A stretch of DNA of 64,000 nt from Phoronis australis (taxonomy: Eukaryota > Animalia > Phoronida). Below, one piece after another: positions 39,878 to 53,700 of this stretch. Location of the stretch: contig NMRA01000044.1 in assembly GCA_002633005.1 (NCBI GenBank), positions 136,182 through 200,181 on the forward strand, given 5' to 3'. Made by a program: the position numbers and the translations under genes. The notes beneath the pieces are model-generated. The model searched no databases, was not told the DNA's origin, and was given only the letters and a program-made list of their open reading frames with translations. How positions within the stretch are numbered: position 1 is the stretch's first letter; each line of letters opens with the position of its first letter.

Positions 39878-42800
39878 ATGGCCACCGTGTGTGTGAGTCT
39901 CGATCACTGCAAAAGTTGGGATAAAGTTGGCCGGCCCGAGTTGTAAGTGTAAAAGTTTTCCTTTAATATGTTATTGATACATGCGCAGGTGTATGTTGCG
40001 ATAGAACTGGGTATGATCACGATTTGAAAATGATGACCGGTTTTATGAAAATCTCTTCTCGGTTCACTCTCTCAATCTCATCTCTACCTAGCCAACCAGC
40101 TAGCCGTGTATGAAGACTATCGTCAAAATACACCTAGGTACCACTGTGTGTGTTTCTTCCTTAGACCCCGAAATCGCACACATCCCCAGGGTAGTTCTGC
40201 TCATCACCTCGCCATGAAACTTGTATCAACATGCAAAGCTAAAGACCGGACGGGGTGCATGCAAAATCTGGGAATCAACCGACACTCAGCTTGCCCATTA
40301 CAGCCGTTTAAGTGAAAAACAATGCAATAAACATCATTTTCTTGGGTAACTCTCCGCCTTTCCTAACAATGATAAGTATGTCGTCGTTTTGAAAGCAGTA
40401 CGCTCGTGTCACGCGCACGCGCCATTTCCTAAATTTTGCGACATCTCTTGGGAGATGATGATAGCTTGGCCTTGGCAGCAGCAAAATTTCTTCTGAATTT
40501 CGGTATCAAAATTCTATAAACTTATAAGAAAGTGAAACCAGTTCAGAATTTGTTGTGACGTGTATGCAACCTCGTGAAAGAAGAACAGTTGATTGAAGGA
40601 TCGGTGAAAAAAGAAACTGGCCAATAGATGGCGCAATATTTCATGGCACCTTAAGCCATCGCTAAAGATTGCTGCACAACTTTAGCAGCAGAATAACGGT
40701 AGAACGCCATTTTTTCCAACTACGTCAAATAATTTAGTTTACTCAAGGAAGACTAGTTTTTAATGGCACTAATTTTGTGTCAGATTTTATCTTACCACTT
40801 GTTACCCACATCGGTGCAAAGCTGTATATTTAGTATACAGCTTTGTACCAAGGTTAATCTCTACCTGGCTTACTAGTAGCAGTTAGCCATTACAGTTCTT
40901 ACAGCCTAAGCAAAGCTGAAGCGAAGGGCTTGTCTTGTCAGTGAATGGTGAAATGGACATAAACCAAAAGAATGCGAGGAAAACTCTTGTTCTGTGTGTC
41001 AGTACTTACCAAATCAATTTCCCTTGACTGCAAACGATTGCCTTTTTTTACCTTTCTCTAACAATAATGAGTCAAATTGTCTGTAATCGTCTGACATCAT
41101 GTAGTGAGCCGTATGCCAGCCAATCAGCAAACAGAATGTTTCAGTTCACGAGTTCACAAAGATGCAAATGGGAGTGTCAAGCCAATAGTAAAAAGACGAA
41201 TCTTCGAGTGAATGAATTCTTTCGTAGGCTTAATTTCTGTAGAGTTATTTTCACAGTATTATTTGTGCAGAAAAATGTGTTCACGCAATTTCAGTTTCAA
41301 CATGTGCAGGTTAATTAATATTTAATATAAAGTTCAAGTGTGATATTTTCTGTTCGCTTGACTCTTCACCATTTTCATTTTTAACCTACTTGTGAACTCA
41401 TGAACTAAAGCATTCACTGGGCTCATTGGTTGGCATGCGGGTCGCTTCATGACGTCATTGGGCCAAAAGCTTAAAAGTGGAAGATGGCAGACGATTTAAT
41501 GTGTCGTTAGAGAAAGGCAAATAGAGGTGAATTGTAACCGGGTAGGACCGTTACAGTTTCCTAAAGATGTCGAGGGGATTCAGTTTGGTTAGTACTATCA
41601 GCATCTGAATAAGTATTTTCCTCCCATTCATTTGGTTTATGTCCATTTCAAAATTTGGGGAAAAAGTATCGATGATCCGTCAGCTCTGTCCGTGCAGGCA
41701 AAAATTAACCAAGGTAAAATTGGAAATGAAATTGATGTAGGTGAAAACTACACTGTTCCTTGAGTAAACCAACTTTGCTACCTGTGCAAAAACAATGCCA
41801 TTTTTATTCTGCAGTGAAATTAATGCAGCAAACACTTGCGTCAACTTTGAGCGCCATGAAATAGAGTAACATCTTTTGGCCAGTTTCTATTTTTCCTGAT
41901 TGTTCAATCCACTGTTTGCATGTTTGTACATAATTCACAACAAACTTCCATAATAAGTGGTTTCACGTTATCAAACCTAACTTTTCTTTGTTGCAAAAGC
42001 GAGAGAGTGTTGTTTCTGAATGAGGTTGATCAGGTTGTGTTTTTAAATAACCATAAATTGCATCAGTACATGGTAGTTGTCATTTGAATATTAGAGTTGC
42101 AAAAACTTTCGCACAGTTGCTTGCTACGTTTTGATGTAAATTTCGTGGTGAAATGACCGCAAGTGGATTTGGATTGGACTTGAGAAGCAAGCTTTGCTTA
42201 AATTACAAACATAAATTCCTAGCTGTGTTTTGATGTTATGTCATTCTTGGGTATCTGGCTGGCTTTGCATGACCTTGATGTGCCTGTTAAAGGTAGCTTA
42301 TCTATGACTGGCGGCAGTGTTGTAAAAGGAGCCAGTTATTGGTTTCACTGTTCATGCTAGTAATCATTGTTTTTGGTTCGCCGGGGGATATTTGCTGAAT
42401 TTGCTGGCTTCTCACTTCAGACATCTTGTTTATTTCATGTTCAGCTCTTGGCAACAAGTTTTGGCTACCAGGGAATTTTGCCAGGTCGTGTTTGACAAGT
42501 TGACATTATGCTAAATGTAGAAATAGTTCCCAAATTTTAGACACTCCAATGATATCAAATCAGTGTTTAAGATGAGATTTAACCATGCAGTAGAATTTGT
42601 GGCTTTTAAGATCCTACGCATCTATGTTATCTTAATTGCCTTTACAAAAGAGTAAACATCTATCATTTTACAACCACCCATTTCATAATGTTGAATCATG
42701 GTTTTGCGCTTAATTTTGTCGCACTTTCCTCCCCAAATATAGTGAAAAAACAGTCGAACCCTGATCTTGGCTTTCAATTTAATGACCAAAACTCAAAGTG

Positions 42801-45800
42801 GGACTCTAGCCAACTATCATTGTGATGCTCAATTTCCTCTTCTGAATTGCAGTATCAAGCTGTGTAAGGGTTTTCTACACACAAAAGATGCCGGTGACTG
42901 TGTTCCAACCAAAGGACTGAAGAGGGCGTTGTATGAGCTGTGTGGACATCTCTTTAAGGGAAATCTTAAACACGACAACTTGGTGTCTGTTCTTACTGAG
43001 CTGTCTGTAAGTATCAGTCTTTGTACATGGAGACGGGAGCTGTATTTTTGTTAAAATATGGAAATATGCACTTCTCGCTGGATGTGTTGTTTTGGCCACA
43101 AACTACAGGACATGTTTCTCCAAGAGACTTTTGTCTTTTGGATTTTGTCTTCAACCAAAAGTCAGAAATCTGACTGCGTATACCCAAAAGTTGATTTTTT
43201 TGTCTTGTGTTTCTCAGCTTATTCAAACAGTCTGCAAACTTCTGGACTTGACTTCGAGTTGACAGGTTTTGCGACTTTCTGAAACAGGCTGAGCTGTCCA
43301 TAGAATAATTTTCATTCAAAAGACCAAAGCCAATTAGAATCTTGGAAAAAACATGTCCCTGGTCACCATGATACCGTGACATTGTATTGCTATCCTATAG
43401 GCGAAGATGATTATTATACACTCGTGTGTGGGTTTCTAGAAAAGTGTCTTAAAAGAAATTAACTCGTTGCCAAAATATTTCAAATCATGGTTGGATATGC
43501 TGCGGTGGAAAGTATCCCATTCTCAGTGGAAAGTTTTAAAAAAATTTCTGCCACATTGATTCAGTGGCCACCACTTTGTGCTGAATTGTGTTTATTGATA
43601 TGTCAAATGTCTGGTGTGCGGAAGTTATCGTAAAACGCTGAACTTTTTATTTGCAGTCTAATGAAAGTGCATTTTCATCGTTGCTGGCCGATGTTTTTAG
43701 CTTGTTAGGTAAGTCCTCCATGACTTAAGTGAATGCTTTTAGAAACTGAACAGTGGTGTCAAGGATAACACGTTATTTTCCCGTTTTTCAATTGTCGGTA
43801 TAGACGTTTGTAATTTTACACTATTTAAGTCCTCCTCAATGCTAATTAGGTCGATCCAAAGTCACAAACTGCAAACTGGAACAAGTGAAGTTTCTGAATG
43901 TTCCTATTGAACAATCTGTGAACTCTATTCGATCATTGCAGTTATGTGTGATTGGGAAGGGTAACTGAAAAACTAAAGCAAAGGATTTCACCCCAAAACA
44001 TTAGCCAAAACGATTATAGTGTTCATAGGTGGCGCTGCATGTTAACACATATTTTGTGATACAATTGTTGACGTCAGTGTTTAATTGTCTGATTCGTTCT
44101 TGTAGATATCGAAGTGTCATGCTCTGAGGATGAATCGCAGCGTAATGTCCTGAACAAACTCATTCTAGCCTGTACCAGCATAGTCTCTGATGCTGTGCTG
44201 AAAGAGAGGCTGGACCAGGAGACCCTGGAGTCACTGCATGTCATACCCTCTAAACAGAAGTTTCAGGAGAAATACGTCAAGACGAAAACCAGGCTATAGT
44301 ATGGTTATTTTGTAACTTGGTGGGCACTGTGCTTACAATTGTTTACTTAGAACTTGTGATACAAGTACTGATCATATTTAGAAAACATTAACAAAGGCCA
44401 ATTCTACTAACTTTGTTGGTTTTTGGAGTTCTATTTATTTCTGGTCTCAAGAGATTCGTATGGGGAGTTCCGAAACTCTATTGTAGTAGATTTTTATGTA
44501 ATGAGTCATTTACAGGAGGGTTAAAAGTGTCATTTACAGGGTTCCCAGATTTTAAGAACCAGTTTGATGCCTGTTATTCAGTGAAAGAAACTGGTTCTCA
44601 AAATGCAGGACCTCTGTAAGTGACTACTAGCCCAAAGCATTTTATGGCACATGTCTTTGCTTACCAAATGGCTGCGTCATAGTTTAATGGCTTCAACTTT
44701 CTTGGCATACTTACTTGCTCCATAACAGCACCATTCACATTTCCTAGCTACAAACAACAAAAGTTCAACTTGCTCAGGGAAGAGAGTGAAGGATATGCCA
44801 AGCTAGTGTCTGAACTTGGACAGGAAATAACAAGTAAAGTGACCCCGGCCTTGATATTGGAGAATATCAAGTCTCTCATAGGTAGGTCTGATGTATTGTT
44901 ACAAGGGGGTGAGTTCAGCCAGGAGTTAGAGAGAAAGTAAAATCTGTTGTTTCCTAACTTGGCAAGAGATAATATGTAAAATGCAGGGCTTAGAATTTTC
45001 CTCTCAAGACGATTTCCTCTTTTTTGGTTTCAATTTCCTCTTATTTAATTTACAGTTTCCTCTTTTTTATCTCTTTTTTATCATTATTTTGACTTGATCT
45101 ATGCAAAAACATTTATTTCAGTTAAATTTTACTACAAAAATATTTAATATTTCTATCACCCAAGCCTAATATGGAATTATACGTCACTTGGAAAATTTTC
45201 TTCTTTTTTGCCATTGGTCATTAGAAACCCTGAAAATGACCCTACCATGATATGAAAGAATGAGTTGTAGGTATTTCTTTACTTTGGTTATTTAATTGTG
45301 TCAAGAGTGTGAGTAGACTGTCGCCTTGATATTGGAGTATATCAAGTCTTGGTATATCTATGTTGTGGTGCCTGGGTTTGGCTGGGGGTTGAGAACAATG
45401 TTCCATTCCAAGATATTGGAGAATATTAAGTCCCATGATTTAAATTTCACACTTACCCTGACTAACATCCGCCAATATGTGGGGGTCAAAATTCGATCAT
45501 ATACTGAAATTCGAAAGTAAAGCAAGGATACACAATCGTCATGTACGTGATCTCTGTCCAGTGGCTTGACTTGGCCCGCGTTTCAGAAGAAATTCTAGGC
45601 ATTGTGTTCTTTTTTTGTTTTTCATGATAGCAAGTAACAGCATATGTTCACGAAAACAACAACGGATTTAAAACTTGACATGTTTCGGTGTCATATATTA
45701 AACACCATCCTCAGAAGTCATAATACAGTGGCCACCTAGCTAGGCCCAGCAACAAGTAATGAAGCACAGATACAGTCAGTTACAGGGAGTGACAATGAAC

Positions 45801-47710
45801 TATACCAACAATGACAACCTGTGGTGTGTCAGTTGCCTATTGAGATTGGGCTTGCACCAACTGATATGTAAAGCCTCACGAATTTTAAGCTCCTTTGTTG
45901 TTACTGCCTGGTCTATTATTGCAAAGTCATTGAAAGAGCACTGCTGATAACAATGATTGGAGCTCTGCAGGTGAATATTTACATGTGAATTACTGTCAGA
46001 ATTTAGATGTTCCTTGGTCCTGGTTTTCAAATGGCGAACAGTTTCGCCTATATAACTGGAGCCACATCCAGCACAGATAAATTTGTATACAACCTTGGAC
46101 CGTAGACCCATAGAAATTTTGTCCTTAGGGTTAAATAAACTCGACAGTTTTAGAGACTTGAATGTTAATACAACTCTTAAGTTCACACAGTAATCATTCA
46201 CCAATTTGTTGAGTTTTCGTTGAGCAATTTTGGCGTAAAACCCAACATAGGGTATTTTAAAGTACTTGTAGTTAGTTTTGTCTACAGGATGAACATCATC
46301 AGGGTTACGTTGGAGTCTTGCTTTCAGTACCCTATTGACTAATTCTAGGGGATAGCCATTCTTTTGCAAATTCGTTGTAAGTTCTTTGATATTAGAATCA
46401 AATCTAGCCCAAGTGTTGTTAATGCGATATACCCTGTCTATTAGCGTCTTTATGAGACCTACTTTATAAACAAAGGATGTGAAGCTATGAAAACAAGTGT
46501 ACAGTCCTGTGTAAGTCTTCTTATGAAATACTGATGTTATCACTGAGGTACCCTCACGCTCTACTAACACGTCCAGAAATGGCAAAATGTTATCGACCTC
46601 TAATTCTACACTGAATTTCAAGTTAGGATGCCTCGAGTTTAAATACACCAAAAATTCCTGGGCTGACTGCTGATTTTCAAATATACAAAACACATCATCT
46701 ACATATCGTCGATAGAAATAGATGTGAGGACCAGTGTATGTCTCAATCCATGTTTTTTCATGGTGACCTAAAAACATGCCAGCTAGTAACATTACATGAT
46801 ACACATGCAGTCTACCTTAAGTTTAACACTGAGTGTTCCTTCTAGGCTGTTTTCACCTTGACCCTAACCGTGTACTGGACATTATCCTGGAAGAGTTTGA
46901 GTGTCGTCCGGGCCACAGCGACTTCTATGTGCCACTCTTACGGTTGTACATCCGAGACGAGAATGTTCTGTCTCAGGTGCTTGGGTTTAAGTTCCAGTCA
47001 TGTCAGGTGAGTTAATGAGTAAAGACTGATGCTTAATGATAATTGGCGTAAAGTAATGGTTGCATTACACATTACGGTTAATACTTTACAGTCATTAAAG
47101 TTGGCGAAAATGCACTAATGCACTGCTGTGAATTTAAAGGAACATTTAACAAGGTTGAGGTTTGTTAGAATGAGCCTCATAGCAAGAATTGTCCAAACTA
47201 ATAGAAGTCTAAGATGGCAATTATTTGAAACAAATATGTTGAAAGCTTAATATTGTTTGTTATGGAAGCTATAGAGCTGATTTAGGTGTTACCTAGAAAC
47301 ATAGGGCACAATATGCAAAACATGCTTTTTGTGCTTGTCACAATCTCCACGTGATGCTTTCACAAAATTGTGGATAGGTGCAATTTTGCCAAATAGTTCT
47401 TATCACATTGGGAACTCGACTTCTATTGATGGTTTATGTCTGCTTACAGCAAACTGCTGGCAATGAGACGCCTGCCTCTTTATACAAGGTCTCGGCTCTG
47501 CTACTGAAACATGAGCTGGTTACCCTGGAGAGTCTGTATCCACATGTAAGTAATTGGATTACATTGGTGGTGTGGAATAGTAAATACACCTGTTAAGGTT
47601 GTGTGGGTGAACTGTACTTCACTTATCTGTGTACTATATAGCAGTTTAAGTTGGTTGAAAGAGAACGATAGCAGTCTTAACAGTAGCAGTATAATGATAG
47701 CTATATATAC

Positions 47711-47741
<31 letters not shown>

Positions 47742-50700
47742 TCAACAATGCAATTTAGTTGCAATTATACACTTTCGGGCAATAGTCACTTATAGGGGGT
47801 TCCGGATTTTGAGAACCAGTTTGTTGCCTGTTCTTCAATGGAGAAACTGGTTCTCAAAATGCATGGCTCTTGTAAGTAACTATTGTCCATCTTTGCCAAG
47901 GAAGAGCCATGACAAAAGTGTTGGAATGTAATTGTTGAATATCTCGTATGATTCAGTTTGATACTCATATAGTAGGTAAGTGTCCTAGTTCCCTGTCACA
48001 CAATTATAAGATAAATAATTTTTGTAATGTCGAAAGCCTTACACACATTTGTGCATTATATGTCACGTCAGTTCTAGTTGCTGGTATTTTCGCTGGGATG
48101 TGTCCATGAGTATTTGTCAAAGTTGTCATATTTCCTAGTATTGGAATAGCCGCTCACTTTGTGGTTAGTAGAACATTGTGAGAATGTTGAGTGGAGTAAT
48201 AATATATTGTGAAATTAAAAATAATATCACCAGTTGTGCATTATTGCTAAGTGCAAGTTGCGTTGTTGACTTTCGGGACAGTGATATGCTGGGAGTGTGT
48301 CAAACCCCTAAGCACCACCCCTGAAGAGTTAAGTAAACTATTCTGTGTCTTTTCTAGTTGGGTCCACCTGATGCAGAGATTACTGAAAAATACAAGGCCA
48401 CGATGAACGAGGCTGTCCAGTATGCCAGGAAGATGAAGGCCGTGATCACGACGGAAAAACAGGAAGGACCAGAGGCTGAGAAAGATAAGAATTATCAAGT
48501 TAGTGTGGGGGAGACTCTGTCATAACTGGACTGGTTGAACTTTTTGAAGTTACTCAAACTGACTGGGATTGCATTATATCACAGATAGCTTTTGGTTGTA
48601 GAAACTTATTGCGTAGCATGTACTTCATGTGATATGACTCTCGTGCGGTTTGAAGACATATTTTGTATTTGTAATCATATTGCCATGTTATTTGATTAAT
48701 CTTCAAGGGAGTGAATTTGGAGAAACCTTGACCCAGATGTGAAAATGGGAGTATTCTTGGAAGTGACAGCAATTTAAATTCCTAAATAGAAGGAGTAATA
48801 AGGGCTGTTCCAGTAAAATCTGTGTGGGAGGGGGGGACGGCAGTAGAAATAAAAATTCATGGGTGATGGTCTTCAGAAAAAAACTCAAATTATGGGTGGT
48901 CCTTCCTGTAAGAAGTGATGCATTAAATATGGGTGATATTTTTTGACCTGTTAATGTTGATCCCAATAAAAAAGAGCCCATATTGCCAGTGAACAGAGTG
49001 CAATATGTTCACTAAGCCATTAATCAAGTCATGGGCAACTTGATTTGAGCCAACAATTTGTCTGCAGTCCTATTGAATTGAAAAGTTATGCAACACTAAA
49101 CTGGTGCTAACACATACAAGAAAATTAATGGTTTTTAAATAAAAAGTATGAGGAGTAAGATAAACAAGTTCCATTATTCACTTGACATAGAAGTATAAAA
49201 GAGTTCGTGGAGACAGTTTGAGATTCATAGATCCTTATAATTGAAAAAATGTTCATTGAAATTACAGACACGTGGTGAACAGAGACACCTGGTGGCTGCC
49301 AAAAGTATTGCTCACAGGCTACTTTAGTTTTTGACAATATTGGGCAAGACAACTAGTTCTTGTCTGTCAATCATCTAAGTTCTTAATAGGTCCTCCTGGA
49401 GACAATTTGTTTGCAAGTGTTGGATTTTATATTTTAACCTATTAAAAATAATTAAAAAATTATGGGTCATGGGTTGGAGAAATAAATGAAAAATATGGGC
49501 GGTGGGTACGAAATAAAAGTGCCTTCCCCCCCTCCCATACAGATTTTGCTGGAACAGCCCTAAGTGCTTCATCTAGTTTTCAATATTGCCATTTATCGTA
49601 CTGAAAGTTTTCAGAAGGCCTTCTTTAATCTATTTTGCATTTTGTCACTTCCAGATGATAGAGAACCAGAAGCTGGGCCTGTGTGCCGCCCTGTTGGCCA
49701 TTGAAGACTGGCCTCATTCCAAGTGGATCATGGACCGCCTACCTCAGTACATGGCTACTGCCCAGCCTAAAATGGCTCGCTCCATGTGTACCCTAGTGAA
49801 AAAGGTTGTGGAACCCTTCTACAAGAAGTAAGCAGGCATTGGGCATTAAGGAAACTATAAAACAACAAAATACGTTTCGCCTTTAGGATTTTATTACTAA
49901 TCGCCAATTTTTGCCATTGTCTACCAGATGTTAAGTGAAATCAGTGTTGGTGAATTTAGCAATTTAATATGCTTAATGTACTCAATCATTTGTCAACTGG
50001 GATTTAGCTTCACCTATGGATTGTTTCGCTGCAATCGCAGGGTTTTCGGTTCAATTTTGAGCTTGATGATTCTGCTGTTAAATTGCTTGGTCTTGTTTCT
50101 TGTATTTCTGGCATGTCTTCTAGACTATCCCATCATGGTGGTTCAATGTATTCCAGGCATAGTGGCCTTCCTGACAAGTTGACTCAGAAACTGGTGGAGA
50201 CACGTACCCAGTCGTCATTGCCATCGACCAATCACGTGGTGACCTGTTTCCAGGAGCTCAATACGATCGTGTTCACCATGCTGCGTTACCTAGGACCCCA
50301 TCTGTCTTACGACGCCATCCTGTTTGTCAAGATCATCCGACTGTGTCGGTCTTTTATGCAACAGGTTCGTGTTTGGTTAACTTGAATTATGAAATACACG
50401 TTAGGGCATCGATAGTTATTGTGAACGTAAGCAGTCTACTGAGTTTGATCGGATTGATGGGAATGACTGGTGATCTTGGTCCAAGGTTGAAATCCTGATC
50501 GAGGACACAATACTTTGTCATTTGAAACCATTTGGTCATGTGGTGCGTCTACTAATCCTGCCTTAATCTTGCTGTGAATTAAGAAAGAAAATGTGGTAAA
50601 ATCTTACCAGTTTTTTGAAAATATGTGGTTGTAGCTATGGTACAGGGCCCCGTTCCAAGGAAACTGACTTAGCTAAGACAATTTTTAAATTTCAGTCAAT

Positions 50701-53700
50701 TTTAAGGTAAAACTTGAATTTGCCTCAAGTTTGCTTCACGAAAGAGATCTTAAGTTTGACTTAAGTTTTTTTTACTTAAGTTTTGTCTGAATTTTGATTA
50801 ACCTACGGGATGTAGAAGTTTCAGAGTTTGAAAGTTGAGGCAAATGTTAGACTTAAGTAAAAAATGAACTTAAGTCAGTTTCTTGGAACGGGCCCCAGAA
50901 CTTGAACATGAAAAAGTTTTAATTTGGTGCTATGTGTGTTAGGAAAAGAAAATGAAATTTCACTTTTTCATTTCGTGTCCTAAATTAGTGAAATTTTACT
51001 GTATTTCAACAGAAATTAGGTAAAAGTGAATAAATTACATGACCAAAACCTTGCTGTTCCTCGTACAATATCTGACGATGTAGGCAATACTGATACCTTG
51101 TTTCTGGGTATACCAAGATAAGGTCTTGCCAATATTCAAATGAATCATGATGTCTTCTTGCAGCGAGACACGGACGCGGTCAGTGCCGACAACATGGACC
51201 CTGTATTCCTGGGTATTCTGACCCTTCTAGACGAGGTCTTGCTTCCAAGTCTATCCATGCTACAGTCTAACTGTAGTATAGCTGGCGAGCTCTGGTCTCT
51301 ACTCAAATTCTTTCCCTATGTCTACAGGTGAGTTACAGAGTATGGTGGGAACTTACATAAAGCAGTGGAGACTATAGTCTTAGTGTGTGGCTTCTACTGC
51401 CCCCTTGCTGAGGGTCAAGAAACTATAAATGTCCCAACACATACATGATTTAGTCAACTTTTGGTTCTGTGTTCTACATGATTTTTTCAACTACATTTGC
51501 TCTGCTTTTTCTGCCAATGTTAGCCATAACTTTCGCAAAATTAGTCTACCTCAGCAATCTATTTTTTTTTTAAATATATCGAATGCATGGCTTAACTTAC
51601 ATCTCTCACGCAGATACCGCCTCTATGGCCAATGGAAGAATGACACCTACAGGATACATCCGAGACTAGTAGAGATCAAGGCGGACTGTCTGAAGAGATC
51701 AAAGTACATTCTGATGTAAGTACATTTCACTACATTATGACTGGCTTCAAAAAAGTATGAAGTAAGCTCCATCTAGAACTGGCTCCGTAGACCTGTAAGT
51801 TTAAATGTGTTGGCAGTGAGAAATTACAGCTTGTTTTAAAATTAATAGGAAGAGAGACTGAATTATTGAATTTTTGTCAAACATTGTGTTGAGCTGACCA
51901 CTGTGATCAGTTTGTTCAGAGTGAATTTGATTACTTGATATGTGTTTCAGGCGACTGACCAAAGAGAGTGTCAAGCCGTCTGGACGACAGATTGGCAAGT
52001 TGAGTCACTGCAACCCAACAGTGTTCTTTGAATATGTATGTACCTTCTTGTTTTCTCAGTCTTGTTGTGCTTACCCTGTTTAAGTTTGGGCAATGGATGG
52101 TTGGGTAAAGTGGCATGCTATACCTTCACTTGGGTAACCAGTCCTGTTTTAGGGTACACATTCAATAGAAAATAGATTATCAGTGGCTTTGTGTTGAAAG
52201 ACAGCATATTCACATAGTCCAAATGTTTTTAGTTTGATTTTGCATAGATTTTGACTAAGCGAGAAACGTTCATCTGTTAAGTTAACATAATTCTAACTGG
52301 GATAAGTTCATCACCTGGACACTGTACGTACCTGCATCATGTTTTGAACACAACTGCCGGGTATCGATGTATTTTGGGAGTAATCTGAGGAGTATTGCAT
52401 AAGGCCAGTAGCGTGTGTGGCTCTGTGTAGTCCTTAGTTGAAATTCCTCTGTGTTACTTGCAAGCTGAGGTTGTGATCTAGAGTCCCGCGTAATCTCAAA
52501 GCATGGCTATATTGCATGCTGTAAAATACCAATGCTGGAGTCTGTTCTGATCACTTTCTCTTCATTGCAGATGATGATACAGATTCAGGTGTTTGATATT
52601 ATCGGTCCCGTAGTGGACGCGCTGAAGTACCTCACTCCTCTCTCCTATGACGTCCTAGCTTGTATCCTTGACAACACTTTGTAAATTGGTGTTAAGTGTT
52701 GTTTTGTTAAACTCATTGGCACTGCATGTTATATGTGTAAGCCTAGAATTTATTAGTATCAGGAATTTCGTACCCAAAATGAAATAGGACTTTTGCCGAG
52801 TCGTGTATTCCATAATAAAGATGGGCTTTTTTGATAACATAATGAGAAAATAAAATTGCTATTTGATTATTTTCTGTCTGGTAGATTGTAGAAGGGACCT
52901 GTATCAATAGGTTGACTGTTAAAAGTTTGGATTTTTTATTGTCTGTAGTAGTTTGTAAAAAAACAGTTTGTCATATTTCAGTCAAGCCTCCGTTTGAAGT
53001 TGAAGGTTTCCCTTCCTCTAACGTACTGTGCCAGATGCCTGATTTATTGCAAAGTCACACACTTCAGGTTCCTCTTGGTTTGACCCCATTGTCCTTAACC
53101 TTTGACCTCAGTCTGCATCATCGAGGCACTGGCCAATCCGGAGAAGGAAAAGATGAAGCACGATGACACAAACATTTCTCGGTGGATTCAAAGCCTAGCC
53201 AACTTTGCCGGCTGTGTGTGCAAGAAGTACCAAGTAGACCTAGCTGGCATACTGCAGTATATTACAAACCAGCTGAAGGCAGGCAAAAGGTAACATAATC
53301 TATGTATTGATTGCAACTTTTGTAAGAATAAGGAGATTGTTTTAATGTGTGCTAGTGAGGACCAGTGCGGAATACATCTGAAGATAGGCAAGAAAGAAGA
53401 GATTGATGGTACTGTTGGGCGGGGGAGAGGCTATCGGCTACAGAGAGCTTGGTGAACAAGTGATAAGCTTAAAGGAGGTGTGGAACATTACATACCTTTA
53501 TTGATTACTGATTAGCTACTGGGTGAATTCATTTTCAACCTTTGTCACATCAAAACACTGATTTCCCCATGGGTGAGTGATAACCTAACCTTATTTCAAT
53601 GTGCATTGTTTTACGGGACCGCGACAGCATTCACTTATACTTCGAAATTTTAAGAACAGGGAATGGTAATCAAATAGTTGTGTTATAGGCAGTGCTTCAA

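Noticed and set aside
46786-46804. Predicted start of the 334-aa ORF as an independent gene
   Set aside because: The start lies in flanking sequence beyond the 5' truncation of the retroelement
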